From Elusimicrobiota bacterium (GTDB lineage: Bacteria > Elusimicrobiota > Elusimicrobia > JACQJP01): DNA of 64,000 nucleotides. Every line of letters begins with the position of its first letter. Position 1 is the first letter of the stretch. The translations under genes were made by a program, and so were the position numbers. Of this stretch, positions 46,149 through 55,100 are shown piece after piece. The notes under the pieces are model-generated. The model saw nothing but the letters and a program-made list of their open reading frames with translations, did no database searches and was not told the origin of the DNA. The stretch covers positions 2,098-66,097 of the forward strand of contig JACQJP010000055.1 in the NCBI GenBank assembly GCA_016204975.1, read 5' to 3'.

Positions 46149-49100
46149 ATGCAGCAGCTCCTGTCGCAGCGGTCCTGTCGCAGACTTACCTTATATATGG
46201 GCAAAGCGCTTCTCGCCGCCCTGGGCCTCTCCTGCCTGCCTCTCTCTTTCTCCCGAGCCCTCAAAGTCACCGATGCCTGGGTGGAAGAAAGGGTCCTTAC
46301 CTCAACAAGCCCCGTAACATTCACAAACACCAGAACCAACAACGACCCCCGCATTGAATTTGAACAAAGACCTGGATTTAGCACCAATCCAGACAATCTT
46401 GGCACAGCCCAACGGACAAGCGCCAGGCTGTGCGCCAACATCGATGAGGTCGCAGATGAGCTGACCATAGACATCATCAAATTCGACGGAGTAAATTGCG
46501 TCAGCGGCGCTCTAAACGAGGGCTGCAACCCCGTCCGGACCTTTCAGTTTCCAAACCCCACTGCGGGAGATCACTGTGACGCTTGGGAGGGAGACTACAA
46601 CATCCTGGGGGAGTTCGGGAAAACCAACGGGCAGTATGGCTTTAAGGCCACGGCGCAGATCATCACTACCTCCACTGCCACCGGGACCCTTCAGGAGACC
46701 CACGTCTTCGCCTTTCCGGGCGCGGGGCAGGACCCTCTGAGCATTGACGTAGTCAACATCCATGTCGTGCGCAGCTCCCCGACCGTAGTCGGAAACGTCA
46801 CGCCGGTGGCCGCCGCTCCTTATAATATCACCTTCCGGCTCTCCAAAGCGGCCACGACCACGCTGGATATCATAGACACCCAAACCGGCAATAAGGTCCG
46901 GGACGTCGTCTTCAACCTGCCCAACCAAGGAGAAATCGAGCCGGACGGCACCCTGACCGTGGGGTTCTCCTGGGACGCCAGGGACAACTCCGCCGTCCGG
47001 GTCTCCTCCGGGATCTATACCGCCGTGATCCACGCTACCAATACCGATTTCTTCGGTCTGGACCATGCCGTCAGCAAAAGCCGCCAGATCGCGGTGGATC
47101 CCCTCCAGATCACCGACGTCAGCGTCAGCCCCCTCCAAGCCGACTCCACCGCCCTGGCGCTGCTCAGCTTCATGACCGCCGAACCCATGGAGATCACCTG
47201 GCGCATCTACCATCCCTCCACCACCTTCGATAACGTCAACAATCCCATCCCCCAGCCGACCGCCGGAACCCTGTTGCGGGAATTCGTAGAGCAAAAACCG
47301 GCTCGCCTGACGGAGGTGATGTTCTGGGACGGCAGGGACTCGGCCGGCAATTTTCTTACGGACGGAAACTACAAATTCGTCCTCTTCGGACGGGACCTGG
47401 AAAATCCCATCCGCACCACCTCCAAGCCCACCGTCAGCACGGTGGAGATCAAAAGGGGCTTCGTGGACATCAGCCAGCTCCAGCCTCAGTCCACGACCAT
47501 CGGCACCGCCCCATCCATCAACGCAGTGGCTCCCTTCACCTTCAGCTACTCCATGTCCCGGGAAGGGATCGTCTCCTTAAGGATTTTAAAACCTCTGGTC
47601 GGAGGCGCGACCCAGTTCATCCGGACCCTGGTCAACGGCGAGACCCGCTCCGGAAACACCCTCATCGTGGACCCGGTGGGCACCGGCGGCTGGGACGGAA
47701 AAGACCAGTTCGGGAGTCCGGCCTCCTCCGGCACCTATGCCGCGGAGCTGACCGTCCGGGACCCGGTCTTCACCAACCGCGTGACCACCACCACCGTCTT
47801 TTTCCCCATCCAGCTCTTCCGCATCACCGACGTCGCCACCTCCCCCCTGATCTCGGACTCCACCGCCGCCGCCACCCTGACCTACCAGCTTTCGGAGGGG
47901 GGGACGGTCTTTTGGCGAATCTATCCCCCGGGGACGGATGTGGTCACCAACTGGCCTTTTCCCAACCCCTCCGGGGTCAGCTCTGTGCGCACCCTCTCGG
48001 GCTTTCGCCCCGGAAGAAAAAAAATCACCGAATTCTGGGACGGCCGAAACGAAGAGGGGCTATTCGTCCCGGACGGGGACTACGTCTCCACCCTGATCTT
48101 TCACGAGGGTTTCGGCAATCGCAGCTCCGACCTCCTGACCCCGGATGCGGACGTGGCCCGGGGACAGATCGTGTTCACCGTCTTCCAGGTCATCCCCACC
48201 CTCCCCCAGCTTTTCAACTCCTCCCAGACGATCACCCTGCCGCCCTTCGAGATTGACTACACCGTCACCCGGGAATCCACGGTCACCATCCGCGTCATTC
48301 AAAACGACACCGGCCAAACGGCGCGCACCATCATCAGCGGCCAGGTGCGCTTCGGCAACATCTTAAATAAAGAATTCTGGGACGCCCGGGACGACCAGGG
48401 CCGCTTCGTCCGCCCCGGCCTCTACACGGTCAAGGCCGTCGCGCAGGATTTTGCCTCCGTCACCGCCTCCACCTCCACCGCCCAGGCTACGGTCTCCGTG
48501 GACCCCCTGCGCATCTACGACGTCTCCATCCAGGAGCTCTTGGCCCCGGGCGGCGAGCCCCGGGCCCAGATCAGCTACCAGGTCTCGGAAGCCATGAAGG
48601 TCGCCGTCCAAATCTACAAGCCCGGAACCCTCACCAACGGGTTCGGCAATGAGAACCTCCTGGTGCGAAAATTTGTGGGGTTTCGCCCCAGCCGCACCCT
48701 GATCCGGGAGTTCTGGGACGGAACCAACGAGGCTAAAACGCGCCTGGAAAACGGGGCCTATGTCTTCCGGATCATCGCCTCCACCGCTTCCAACGCCATT
48801 GACGACGAGGGAAATGTGGTGGCCGGGGCCCAGGGCCTGTTGGTGCCGGACCAGATCGTCAGCGAGCTTTCCGTGGTTCAGGTGGGCTCGGCGGATCCCC
48901 AGGGAGATTTCGAGAAGAACACCATCGTCTTTCCAAACCCTTTAAAAAATCTGACCCTGAATGTGACTCAGTGCACCCAACCGGTGGCCAGCGCCTCCGC
49001 CTGCAACGCCTCCACCCCATCCTCCGGAGACGCCTGCTTTCTGATCGCCCTCCCGTTAAAAGCGCAACTTAATTTCAAACTCTACACCTTAAGCGGCGAG

Positions 49101-49292
49101 ATGGTGCGCTCCGAAAGCTGCGGCATCCAGGGAGACGCCTCCGAGCTTTCCTACGTCTATTACCTCTGGCGCAGGGACAACCAAGCCGGAAATAGAGTGA
49201 CGGGCGGGGTTTACTTTGCCGTCTTCCGCGCCGAGACGACCGAAGGAGACCAAAAGGTTTTACAGACCGTAAGAAATATATTGATTCCTTAA
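46149..49292 (+). CDS. giant (about 1030-1047 aa) secreted protein composed of at least 6 FlgD-Ig-like (PF13860-type) repeats
   Basis: Each repeat ends with the WDG(R/T)(D/N)..G..V.DG.Y pattern, e.g. FSWDARDNSAVRVSSGIYTAV, MFWDGRDSAGNFLTDGNYKFVL, EFWDGRNEEGLFVPDGDYVSTL, EFWDARDDQGRFVRPGLYTVKA, EFWDGTNEAKTRLENGAYVFRI, plus a C-terminal YYLWRRDNQAGNRVTGGVYFAVF. Signal peptide present if the start is the ATG at 46197. Confidence 0.6.
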   Translation: MQQLLSQRSCRRLTLYMGKALLAALGLSCLPLSFSRALKVTDAWVEERVLTSTSPVTFTNTRTNNDPRIEFEQRPGFSTNPDNLGTAQRTSARLCANIDEVADELTIDIIKFDGVNCVSGALNEGCNPVRTFQFPNPTAGDHCDAWEGDYNILGEFGKTNGQYGFKATAQIITTSTATGTLQETHVFAFPGAGQDPLSIDVVNIHVVRSSPTVVGNVTPVAAAPYNITFRLSKAATTTLDIIDTQTGNKVRDVVFNLPNQGEIEPDGTLTVGFSWDARDNSAVRVSSGIYTAVIHATNTDFFGLDHAVSKSRQIAVDPLQITDVSVSPLQADSTALALLSFMTAEPMEITWRIYHPSTTFDNVNNPIPQPTAGTLLREFVEQKPARLTEVMFWDGRDSAGNFLTDGNYKFVLFGRDLENPIRTTSKPTVSTVEIKRGFVDISQLQPQSTTIGTAPSINAVAPFTFSYSMSREGIVSLRILKPLVGGATQFIRTLVNGETRSGNTLIVDPVGTGGWDGKDQFGSPASSGTYAAELTVRDPVFTNRVTTTTVFFPIQLFRITDVATSPLISDSTAAATLTYQLSEGGTVFWRIYPPGTDVVTNWPFPNPSGVSSVRTLSGFRPGRKKITEFWDGRNEEGLFVPDGDYVSTLIFHEGFGNRSSDLLTPDADVARGQIVFTVFQVIPTLPQLFNSSQTITLPPFEIDYTVTRESTVTIRVIQNDTGQTARTIISGQVRFGNILNKEFWDARDDQGRFVRPGLYTVKAVAQDFASVTASTSTAQATVSVDPLRIYDVSIQELLAPGGEPRAQISYQVSEAMKVAVQIYKPGTLTNGFGNENLLVRKFVGFRPSRTLIREFWDGTNEAKTRLENGAYVFRIIASTASNAIDDEGNVVAGAQGLLVPDQIVSELSVVQVGSADPQGDFEKNTIVFPNPLKNLTLNVTQCTQPVASASACNASTPSSGDACFLIALPLKAQLNFKLYTLSGEMVRSESCGIQGDASELSYVYYLWRRDNQAGNRVTGGVYFAVFRAETTEGDQKVLQTVRNILIP

Positions 49293-49306
49293 ACCATGAA
49301 ATCCCG

Positions 49307-49506
49307 GGACTTTTGCAAATTTACAGAGAAGGGGGTGGCCGTGGGGATTGCAACCCCCGGACAGACCCCCAATTCCACTGGGGAAAACCTCAGGGACTTT
49401 TCCAATAAGAGATGGCAAAGTCTTACCGCAGGCGGGTGGCCAGGGATTGCAACCCCTGGACAGGACCCGCCTGCAAAAAAACAGAAATTCCATTTTGCAA
49501 AAGTCC
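49307..49506. mobile_element. MITE-like element (200 bp) with 13-bp terminal inverted repeats GGACTTTTGCAAA / TTTGCAAAAGTCC; internally rearranged copy
   Basis: Both termini read directly. The interior shares gggattgcaaccc..ggacag(a)cccccaattcca blocks with the copies at 55106 and 60176. Confidence 0.6.
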
Positions 49507-49526
49507 TGTTCCTATTTGGATTATTC

Positions 49527-50459
49527 TTGCTTTGCCTATGGTCCCCCGCACGGGCCATTGACTCCGACGCGGGCACCGGGGGAGCGCAGTTTCTAAAGAT
49601 CGGCGCCGGAAACCCCCGAGCCATGGCCCTGGGCCGCGCCTACGTCGCGCAGGCCGAGGGCGCCGACGCCCTCACCTGGAACCCCGCGGGGCTGGGACGC
49701 ACCCAAAGAAAAGAGGCCGTCTTCGGCTACACCAACTGGCTGCAGGGTTTTAACGGCCAGTATCTCGCCTACGCCCATCCCTTGGGCCGCACCGTCTGGG
49801 GAGCTAATCTCGCCTACTTCACCCTGGACGACTTCGATGTTCGCAACGAACAGGGCATCCCCCAGGTGGGAACCACGGTCTTAGTCCGGGATTTCTTCTC
49901 CACCTTCGCGGTCGCCCGCTCTCTCTTGACCGAAAGGCTCTTTCTGGGGGGGGGCCTGAAGTGGGTGCATGAAGACAACTCCGGCCCCATCCAGGACAGC
50001 TTCGTGGCGGACCTGGGAGCCCTGGTGCGCATTCGGGAAAACCTCCATGCAGGATTTGCCCTGCAAAACTTCGGCGCCCCTAAAGCGGATGTGGCCAGCA
50101 CCTTAAGGTTCGGAGGAGTCCTCAACATCCGCAAGACCTTCAACCTCTCCCTGGAGATCTCCCAAGCCAACGACAATGAGACCCGGGTGGGAATCGGAGG
50201 AGAGTTTATCGTCCCGGAATATCTCCTGCAACTGGGCCAGATCGCCTTCCGGGCGGGATTTTTCTCCACCGACAACCTGGGCCAGAACCTGAGCTCCTTT
50301 TTAAAAACGATTCAGATGGACCGCACCTCCGGCCTGAGCCTCGGAATCGGTCTGTTTTCCAACCGCGCCTTTGGATACGGGATGGGATTGGACTACGCCT
50401 TCGCTCCCATGGGGGCTTTGGGCTTGACGCACCACCTGACAGTAAAGATGAAATTCTGA
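49527..50459 (+). CDS. outer-membrane beta-barrel-like protein (NPAGLG family, C-terminal Phe)
   Basis: FLKIGAGNPRAMALGRAYVAQAEGADALTWNPAGLG and a terminal ...TVKMKF. The ORF track start (49296) reads through the MITE. The first post-MITE start is the TTG at 49527. Confidence 0.5.
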   Translation: MLCLWSPARAIDSDAGTGGAQFLKIGAGNPRAMALGRAYVAQAEGADALTWNPAGLGRTQRKEAVFGYTNWLQGFNGQYLAYAHPLGRTVWGANLAYFTLDDFDVRNEQGIPQVGTTVLVRDFFSTFAVARSLLTERLFLGGGLKWVHEDNSGPIQDSFVADLGALVRIRENLHAGFALQNFGAPKADVASTLRFGGVLNIRKTFNLSLEISQANDNETRVGIGGEFIVPEYLLQLGQIAFRAGFFSTDNLGQNLSSFLKTIQMDRTSGLSLGIGLFSNRAFGYGMGLDYAFAPMGALGLTHHLTVKMKF

Positions 50460-50479
50460 TGAAGGCAAAATGACATTCC

Positions 50480-50508
50480 TTGACAATTTTTCAAGCCCCT
50501 GTTACACT
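50480..50508 (+). promoter_or_regulatory. candidate sigma-70-type promoter (TTGACA-N17-TACACT) upstream of the first Flp pilin gene
   Basis: TTGACA at 50480-50485 and TACACT at 50503-50508, with a 17-nt spacer. The GTG pilin start lies 8 nt downstream, suggesting a possible leaderless transcript. Confidence 0.35.
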
Positions 50509-50515
50509 CAGACAG

Positions 50516-50674
50516 GTGAAAAGGCTTGGGGGAAAAGGACAAGCCACCACGGAGTACCTGCTGGCCACCGTGGCCTTCCTGGTGCTCTTTGCGGCGCTCC
50601 ATGCCGTGATGCATACCAGCTTGACCGAGATATTCAAAAAGGCGGCCTTGGCAATCCTGTTGCCGCATTATTAG
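50516..50674 (+). CDS. Flp/Fap-family pilin 1
   Basis: MKRLGGKGQATTEYLLATVAFLVLFAAL has the G/XXXXEY prepilin cleavage motif followed by a hydrophobic helix. The ORF track start at 50480 is the TTG of the -35 box. Confidence 0.6.
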   Translation: MKRLGGKGQATTEYLLATVAFLVLFAALHAVMHTSLTEIFKKAALAILLPHY

Positions 50675-50689
50675 GGAAAGGAGGAAAAA

Positions 50690-50878
50690 TTGAAAAACTG
50701 GCTCAGAAAACCAAAATCCCAACGTGGCCAAAGCGCGACCGAATATCTTCTGATGGTCACCGTCATCGTGGGAGCGGTCCTGATCGTCGGCGTGGCCATC
50801 AAACGGTTCTTGCCCAACCTCTTCGATCAAATCTCCCAGATGATCACCGGGGCCGCCTCCAGCCTCGGAGGAGGATAA
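50690..50878 (+). CDS. Flp/Fap-family pilin 2
   Basis: AAAGGAGG RBS, TTG start, MKNWLRKPKSQRGQSATEYLLMVTVIVGAVLIVGVAI. Confidence 0.65.
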   Translation: MKNWLRKPKSQRGQSATEYLLMVTVIVGAVLIVGVAIKRFLPNLFDQISQMITGAASSLGGG

Positions 50879-50880
50879 TT

Positions 50881-51354
50881 TTTACCTTCCAGAAGAGCGC
50901 GACAAAGGGACAGACCCTGGTAGAGCTGATCCTCATTCTGCCCGTCTTCTTCCTGGTGGTCTTCGCCATCATGCAGATCGGGCATTTGGCCTTTACCACC
51001 ATCCTTTTAAATCATGCCGCCTTTGAAGTGGCCCGGGTGGGATCCATGACCTCCCGCCCGGGGGCCCCCAACGAGCCGCAGATGGAAAGGATCCTGCGCC
51101 AGATGCTTCCCCAGGCCTCGATCGCCGACATCGATGTGGAACCCACGTTTCTGGACCGGGAAGTGGCCGAGCGCGGCCAGAGGGCCGATCCCATGAACTA
51201 CGACATCGTGGTGACGCTCCGCTACCACATGCCCCTGATCTTTCCCATCGTCAACATTCTTTTTCAAGATCCTGAGCACCCAGGCACGCGCGAGCTCCGA
51301 GCCACCGTTCGCATGCCGATAGAACGGCCTTTGGTGGACATCGTGGGCTTTTAA
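50881..51354 (+). CDS. TadE/TadG-like pseudopilin; no canonical start codon
   Basis: TadE-like N-terminus GQTLVELILILPVFFLVVFAIMQIGHLAF. The frame has no ATG, GTG or TTG between the pilin-2 stop and this motif. The only candidates are ATT (50881) or ATA (50878) after GGAGGA. Confidence 0.55.
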   Translation, partial: FTFQKSATKGQTLVELILILPVFFLVVFAIMQIGHLAFTTILLNHAAFEVARVGSMTSRPGAPNEPQMERILRQMLPQASIADIDVEPTFLDREVAERGQRADPMNYDIVVTLRYHMPLIFPIVNILFQDPEHPGTRELRATVRMPIERPLVDIVGF

Positions 51355-51367
51355 GGGAGAACAAACC

Positions 51368-52123
51368 ATGCAAAAAAAGAACATGCTCTTGCCGCTCCTG
51401 CTGGCGTTGTTTGCCTCCATCTTCTTCTTTCTCTGGCTGCGCTCCAAGGAGATCGCGATCACCCGCGCCTATGAGACGGCACAGGTGATCGTGGCCAGGC
51501 GAGACATCCCGGAGCGGACCGTCTTGACTCGTGGGCTTTTGGAAACCCAAACCCTTCCCAGAAAATACATCCAACAGGATGCCTTTGAGGTGCGTTCCCC
51601 GGCGGACATCAAGCAGGTGGAAAACCTGGTGAGCAAGATCCGCATCCCCAAGGGCAACCAGGTCACCGCCGCCGCCCTGTTGACCTTGAGTCCGGAAGCG
51701 GGGCTGAGCCTGAAGGTCCCTCCGGGCTACCGGGGCATGGTGCTTCCGGTGGAAAACGACCTCCTACAGCTCATCAAACCCGGAGACCGAGCGGATATCC
51801 TGGTCACTTTCGACGCCCTCATGGCGGATGGGCGCAAAGAGAAGGTGACCGCCACCATCCTGCAAAACATCCTGGTCCTGGGAGTGGGCATCAACCTCGG
51901 ACAGGGCATGGCCGAGGAGGAGGCGGAGAGAAAGAAGAAAACGGAAGTGGAGCGGGCGCAATTCAGGGAGAAAGGCGCCCTCAGCGTGGCCCTCAATCCC
52001 AACGAGTCGCAGTACCTGGCTCTGGCCCTCCTCCAGGGGAACGTGCAGGTGGTGGTACGGGGAGTGGGGGACGCCGCGATGCACCCTATCGAGATGGCCA
52101 GCTTTAGAAAGTTGTTCCGATAA
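51368..52123 (+). CDS. cpaB: Flp pilus assembly protein CpaB/RcpC (SAF domain)
   Basis: N-terminal TM helix and ARRDIPERTVLTRGLLETQTLPRKYI. Confidence 0.7.
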   Translation: MQKKNMLLPLLLALFASIFFFLWLRSKEIAITRAYETAQVIVARRDIPERTVLTRGLLETQTLPRKYIQQDAFEVRSPADIKQVENLVSKIRIPKGNQVTAAALLTLSPEAGLSLKVPPGYRGMVLPVENDLLQLIKPGDRADILVTFDALMADGRKEKVTATILQNILVLGVGINLGQGMAEEEAERKKKTEVERAQFREKGALSVALNPNESQYLALALLQGNVQVVVRGVGDAAMHPIEMASFRKLFR

Positions 52124-52127
52124 TACC

Positions 52128-52868
52128 ATGGACCGCTACCATAGATATTCCGGGGTGAACCTGCTCCCGATCCTGCTGGCTCTTTCCTGGGCGGCCCCCG
52201 CCGGGGCCGAAGATCTGATCGCCGTCAGCGCCGACATAGTGGAGATCAGCGGCTCCCTGGAAGGGCAAAGAGGATTCAGTTGGAACGAGATTCTGGAGTT
52301 CGGAGAAACGGTGATCCCGGGGATCATCAAGGTAGGAGAGTTGCAGCGCAAAACACAGCTCCAAAGCACCCTGCGGTTTTTGGAGACGGAAGGCAAGGCC
52401 CAGCTTCTCTCCAACCCCCGGGTCATCGCTAAAAGCGGCGCCTCGGCCAATTTTGTGGTGGGGGGAGAGATTCCCTTCCCGGTGGTGAACGTTCAGGGAG
52501 TGGGGGTAGAGTTCAAGAAATTCGGGGTGATCCTCAACATTCTGCCGAACCTGGTGGACAAAAAGAAAGAGCTCATCAACGCCCAAATCCAGCTGGAGGT
52601 GTCCAACCCCGATTTTTCCAAACCCCTGGTCATCCAAAACGTGGCGGTTCCCAGCCTCGTCACCCGCCAGGCCCAAACGGAAGTGGCGCTGAAAGGGGGG
52701 GAGACCCTGGTGATCGGGGGCCTCAAGCGCAGCGAACGCACCAAAACCAAAAGACGGGTCCCGGTCCTGGGTCACATTCCCCTTCTGGGGCTTTTGTTTA
52801 CCAGCACCGCCACCCTGGACCAGCAGTCCTCCCTCTTCCTTTTCGTCACCTTCGAGATTGTAAAGTAG
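52128..52868 (+). CDS. minimal secretin (CpaC/RcpA-like; secretin C-domain only, 246 aa)
   Basis: Signal peptide, then LSNPRVIAKSGASANFVVGGEIPFP...TLVIGGL...VPVLGHIPLLGLLF secretin signature. Far shorter than typical RcpA/CpaC. Confidence 0.65.
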   Translation: MDRYHRYSGVNLLPILLALSWAAPAGAEDLIAVSADIVEISGSLEGQRGFSWNEILEFGETVIPGIIKVGELQRKTQLQSTLRFLETEGKAQLLSNPRVIAKSGASANFVVGGEIPFPVVNVQGVGVEFKKFGVILNILPNLVDKKKELINAQIQLEVSNPDFSKPLVIQNVAVPSLVTRQAQTEVALKGGETLVIGGLKRSERTKTKRRVPVLGHIPLLGLLFTSTATLDQQSSLFLFVTFEIVK

Positions 52869-52889
52869 GAGGCTCAGGCGTAGACGAAA

Positions 52890-55100
52890 ATGGCGGAAGT
52901 TAAATCCAGAATTGTGGCCTTCACCGGCCCCAAGGAAGGGGTGGGGAAAACCCAGATCGCCTTAAACCTGGCCTTGGGCTGGGCCGGCTCCAAAAACCGG
53001 GAGACGATCCTGGTCTGCCTGGATCCACTCTGTCGCCCGGACGCCTCCTACTTTCTTAACCTTCCCAATCCCCCCAGCTTAGCGGAGCTTGTCCAATTGC
53101 GCAAAGGCGTGGAAAGCCTGCCGCCCAAACTCCTCAGGGGCCGCATCCCCACCTCCACCTATGGCGTCGGCGTCTTGCCCATGGCCAAAAAGAGGACCGA
53201 GGCTCTGGGCCTTTCCCCCGCGCTGATCCTGCCGGTCCTGGCCAGTCTCTCCGAGTCCTATGACCTCTTCCTGGACATTGACCCCTTCTTCCCCATCCAG
53301 CTTTTCAGCTTCGATCTGGCGGACCTCGTCTTCTGGGTTCTGCTGCCGCAAAGAACCCACCTGGAGGCCAGTTTCATCCTGCTGCGGGAGGTCCGAAATC
53401 TCCACTTTCCGCTGGACCGATTCTCAATGCTCGTCAACCAGTCGGACATTCCGGGAGCCCTCGTGGCGCAAGAGATCGAAAGGTCGCTCCAAACCGTAGA
53501 AAAAGAGGTGACCGCCTATCTGCCCTGGGAGGACAGGCTGCCGGAGTTCGCCAACCTCCAGAAGGCGCTCTGGATCGACCGCCCCCACTCCCCATGGATC
53601 CGGAGTTTGAAGGGCCTGCTCCCGCTCCTCGAAAACACGCCGCCCGTGGCCCGCGATTGGAATGCGGAACGCTTTGCGGTGGGAGGCTTCTCTTCCGCCG
53701 CGGATATGTTCTGGCGAGGCGGCCCCGGCGCCATCGAGGACGGCTCCCCCGCCCAACCCTTCCCCGCCTCCGCCGGCCGGACCTCCGCCCCGAGAGGTTC
53801 CTCCCGCCCCTCCCAATGGGAAGGCCTCAAAAACAAGCTGCATAAGCAAGTGGTCCAGGCCTTGGAGACCGAGCGCATCCGCCTGGTGGACAACCCGGAG
53901 GAGGCCCAGGGCCTTCGGTCCAAGGTGGAGGAGATCATCAAAAACCTGCTGGGCCGCGAACAAAACCTGGAGCTGACCCGCGAGCAGCGCTCCCGCTTTC
54001 TGACCGAGCTCTTGGACGAAATCCTGGGGCTGGGACCCCTGGAGGACCTGATGCGGGACCCCTCCGTCACCGAGATCATGGTGAACCAGCCGCATCAGAT
54101 CTACATCGAACGAGGAGGGCGCCTGAGCCTGTCGGACAAACAGTTCCGGGACGAGGAACAAATCGTGCAGGTGATCAAACGCATCGTGGCCCCCATCGGC
54201 CGCCGGATTGATGAGAGCGTTCCCATGGTGGACGCGCGCCTCAAAGACGGATCCCGGGTCAACGCCATCATCCCTCCCCTGGCCGTCTCCGGGCCCACCC
54301 TGACCATCCGAAGATTTTCGGCAAAACCCCTGGGCACCGAGGAGCTCCTGCGCCTGGGCAGCGTCACCGAGCCCCCCCTCCAGTTTTTGAGAGCCTGCGT
54401 GCAGATCCGGAAAAACGTTCTCATCAGCGGAGGCACCGGCACCGGAAAAACGACCTTTCTCAATCTCCTCTCCTCCTTCGTCCCATCGGCCGAACGCATC
54501 GTCACCGTGGAAGACGTGGCGGAGCTGAAACTTCAGCAGGAGCACTGGGTGCGCCTGGAGAGCCGCCCGCCCAATATCGAGGGCAAGGGGGAGATCACCA
54601 TCCGGGACCTGGTGCGAAACTGCCTGCGCATGCGCCCGGACCGCATCGTGGTGGGAGAGTGCCGAGGGGCGGAAGCCTTGGACATGCTGCAGGCGATGAA
54701 CACAGGGCACGAAGGATCCCTTTCCACCATCCACGCAAATTCCCCTAGAGACGCCCTGAGCCGCCTGGAGGGCATGTGTCTGATGGCCGGGTCCGACCTT
54801 CCCATCTGGGCCTTGAGGGAGATGGTCTCCTCCGCCATCCATCTGATCGTTCAGTTGGTGCGCTTCTCGGACGGGTCCCGCAAGGTCACCTCCGTCTCCG
54901 AGATCACCGGGCGTGACGAGAACACCATCTTGATGACGGAGCTTTTTCGTTTCGAGCAAAAGGGAATCGGCCCCAGAGGCGATATCTTGGGGGAGCTGGC
55001 GCCCTGCGGTCACCCCCCGCGCTTTTTTCCGGAGTTTAAAACCAAGGGGATCGAACTGCCGGTCGCCCTCTTTTCAGACCCAGCGGCACAAGCAAGATGA
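52890..55100 (+). CDS. fusion of a TadZ/CpaE-like ParA/MinD-type domain with the TadA/CpaF secretion ATPase
   Basis: N-terminal 250 aa have [21 protein letters not shown], a deviant Walker A. A Pro/Ala/Ser linker follows. The C-terminal VirB11/CpaF ATPase region has [14 protein letters not shown] and [12 protein letters not shown]. Confidence 0.75.
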   Translation: MAEVKSRIVAFTGPKEGVGKTQIALNLALGWAGSKNRETILVCLDPLCRPDASYFLNLPNPPSLAELVQLRKGVESLPPKLLRGRIPTSTYGVGVLPMAKKRTEALGLSPALILPVLASLSESYDLFLDIDPFFPIQLFSFDLADLVFWVLLPQRTHLEASFILLREVRNLHFPLDRFSMLVNQSDIPGALVAQEIERSLQTVEKEVTAYLPWEDRLPEFANLQKALWIDRPHSPWIRSLKGLLPLLENTPPVARDWNAERFAVGGFSSAADMFWRGGPGAIEDGSPAQPFPASAGRTSAPRGSSRPSQWEGLKNKLHKQVVQALETERIRLVDNPEEAQGLRSKVEEIIKNLLGREQNLELTREQRSRFLTELLDEILGLGPLEDLMRDPSVTEIMVNQPHQIYIERGGRLSLSDKQFRDEEQIVQVIKRIVAPIGRRIDESVPMVDARLKDGSRVNAIIPPLAVSGPTLTIRRFSAKPLGTEELLRLGSVTEPPLQFLRACVQIRKNVLISGGTGTGKTTFLNLLSSFVPSAERIVTVEDVAELKLQQEHWVRLESRPPNIEGKGEITIRDLVRNCLRMRPDRIVVGECRGAEALDMLQAMNTGHEGSLSTIHANSPRDALSRLEGMCLMAGSDLPIWALREMVSSAIHLIVQLVRFSDGSRKVTSVSEITGRDENTILMTELFRFEQKGIGPRGDILGELAPCGHPPRFFPEFKTKGIELPVALFSDPAAQAR

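Noticed and set aside
46080-46150. Possible sigma-54 promoter (TGGTAAC-N5-TTCC) in the AT-rich spacer upstream of the Ig-repeat giant gene
   Set aside because: The GG is present but the -12 GC element is not. Too weak to call. The spacer is simply AT-rich and may hold a sigma-70 promoter instead.
53424-55013. 529-aa ORF on the minus strand, antisense to the tadZ-tadA ATPase gene
   Set aside because: Low-complexity Gly/Ala/Arg-rich translation with no recognizable domains. The opposite strand encodes a strongly supported ATPase. Typical shadow ORF in high-GC DNA.
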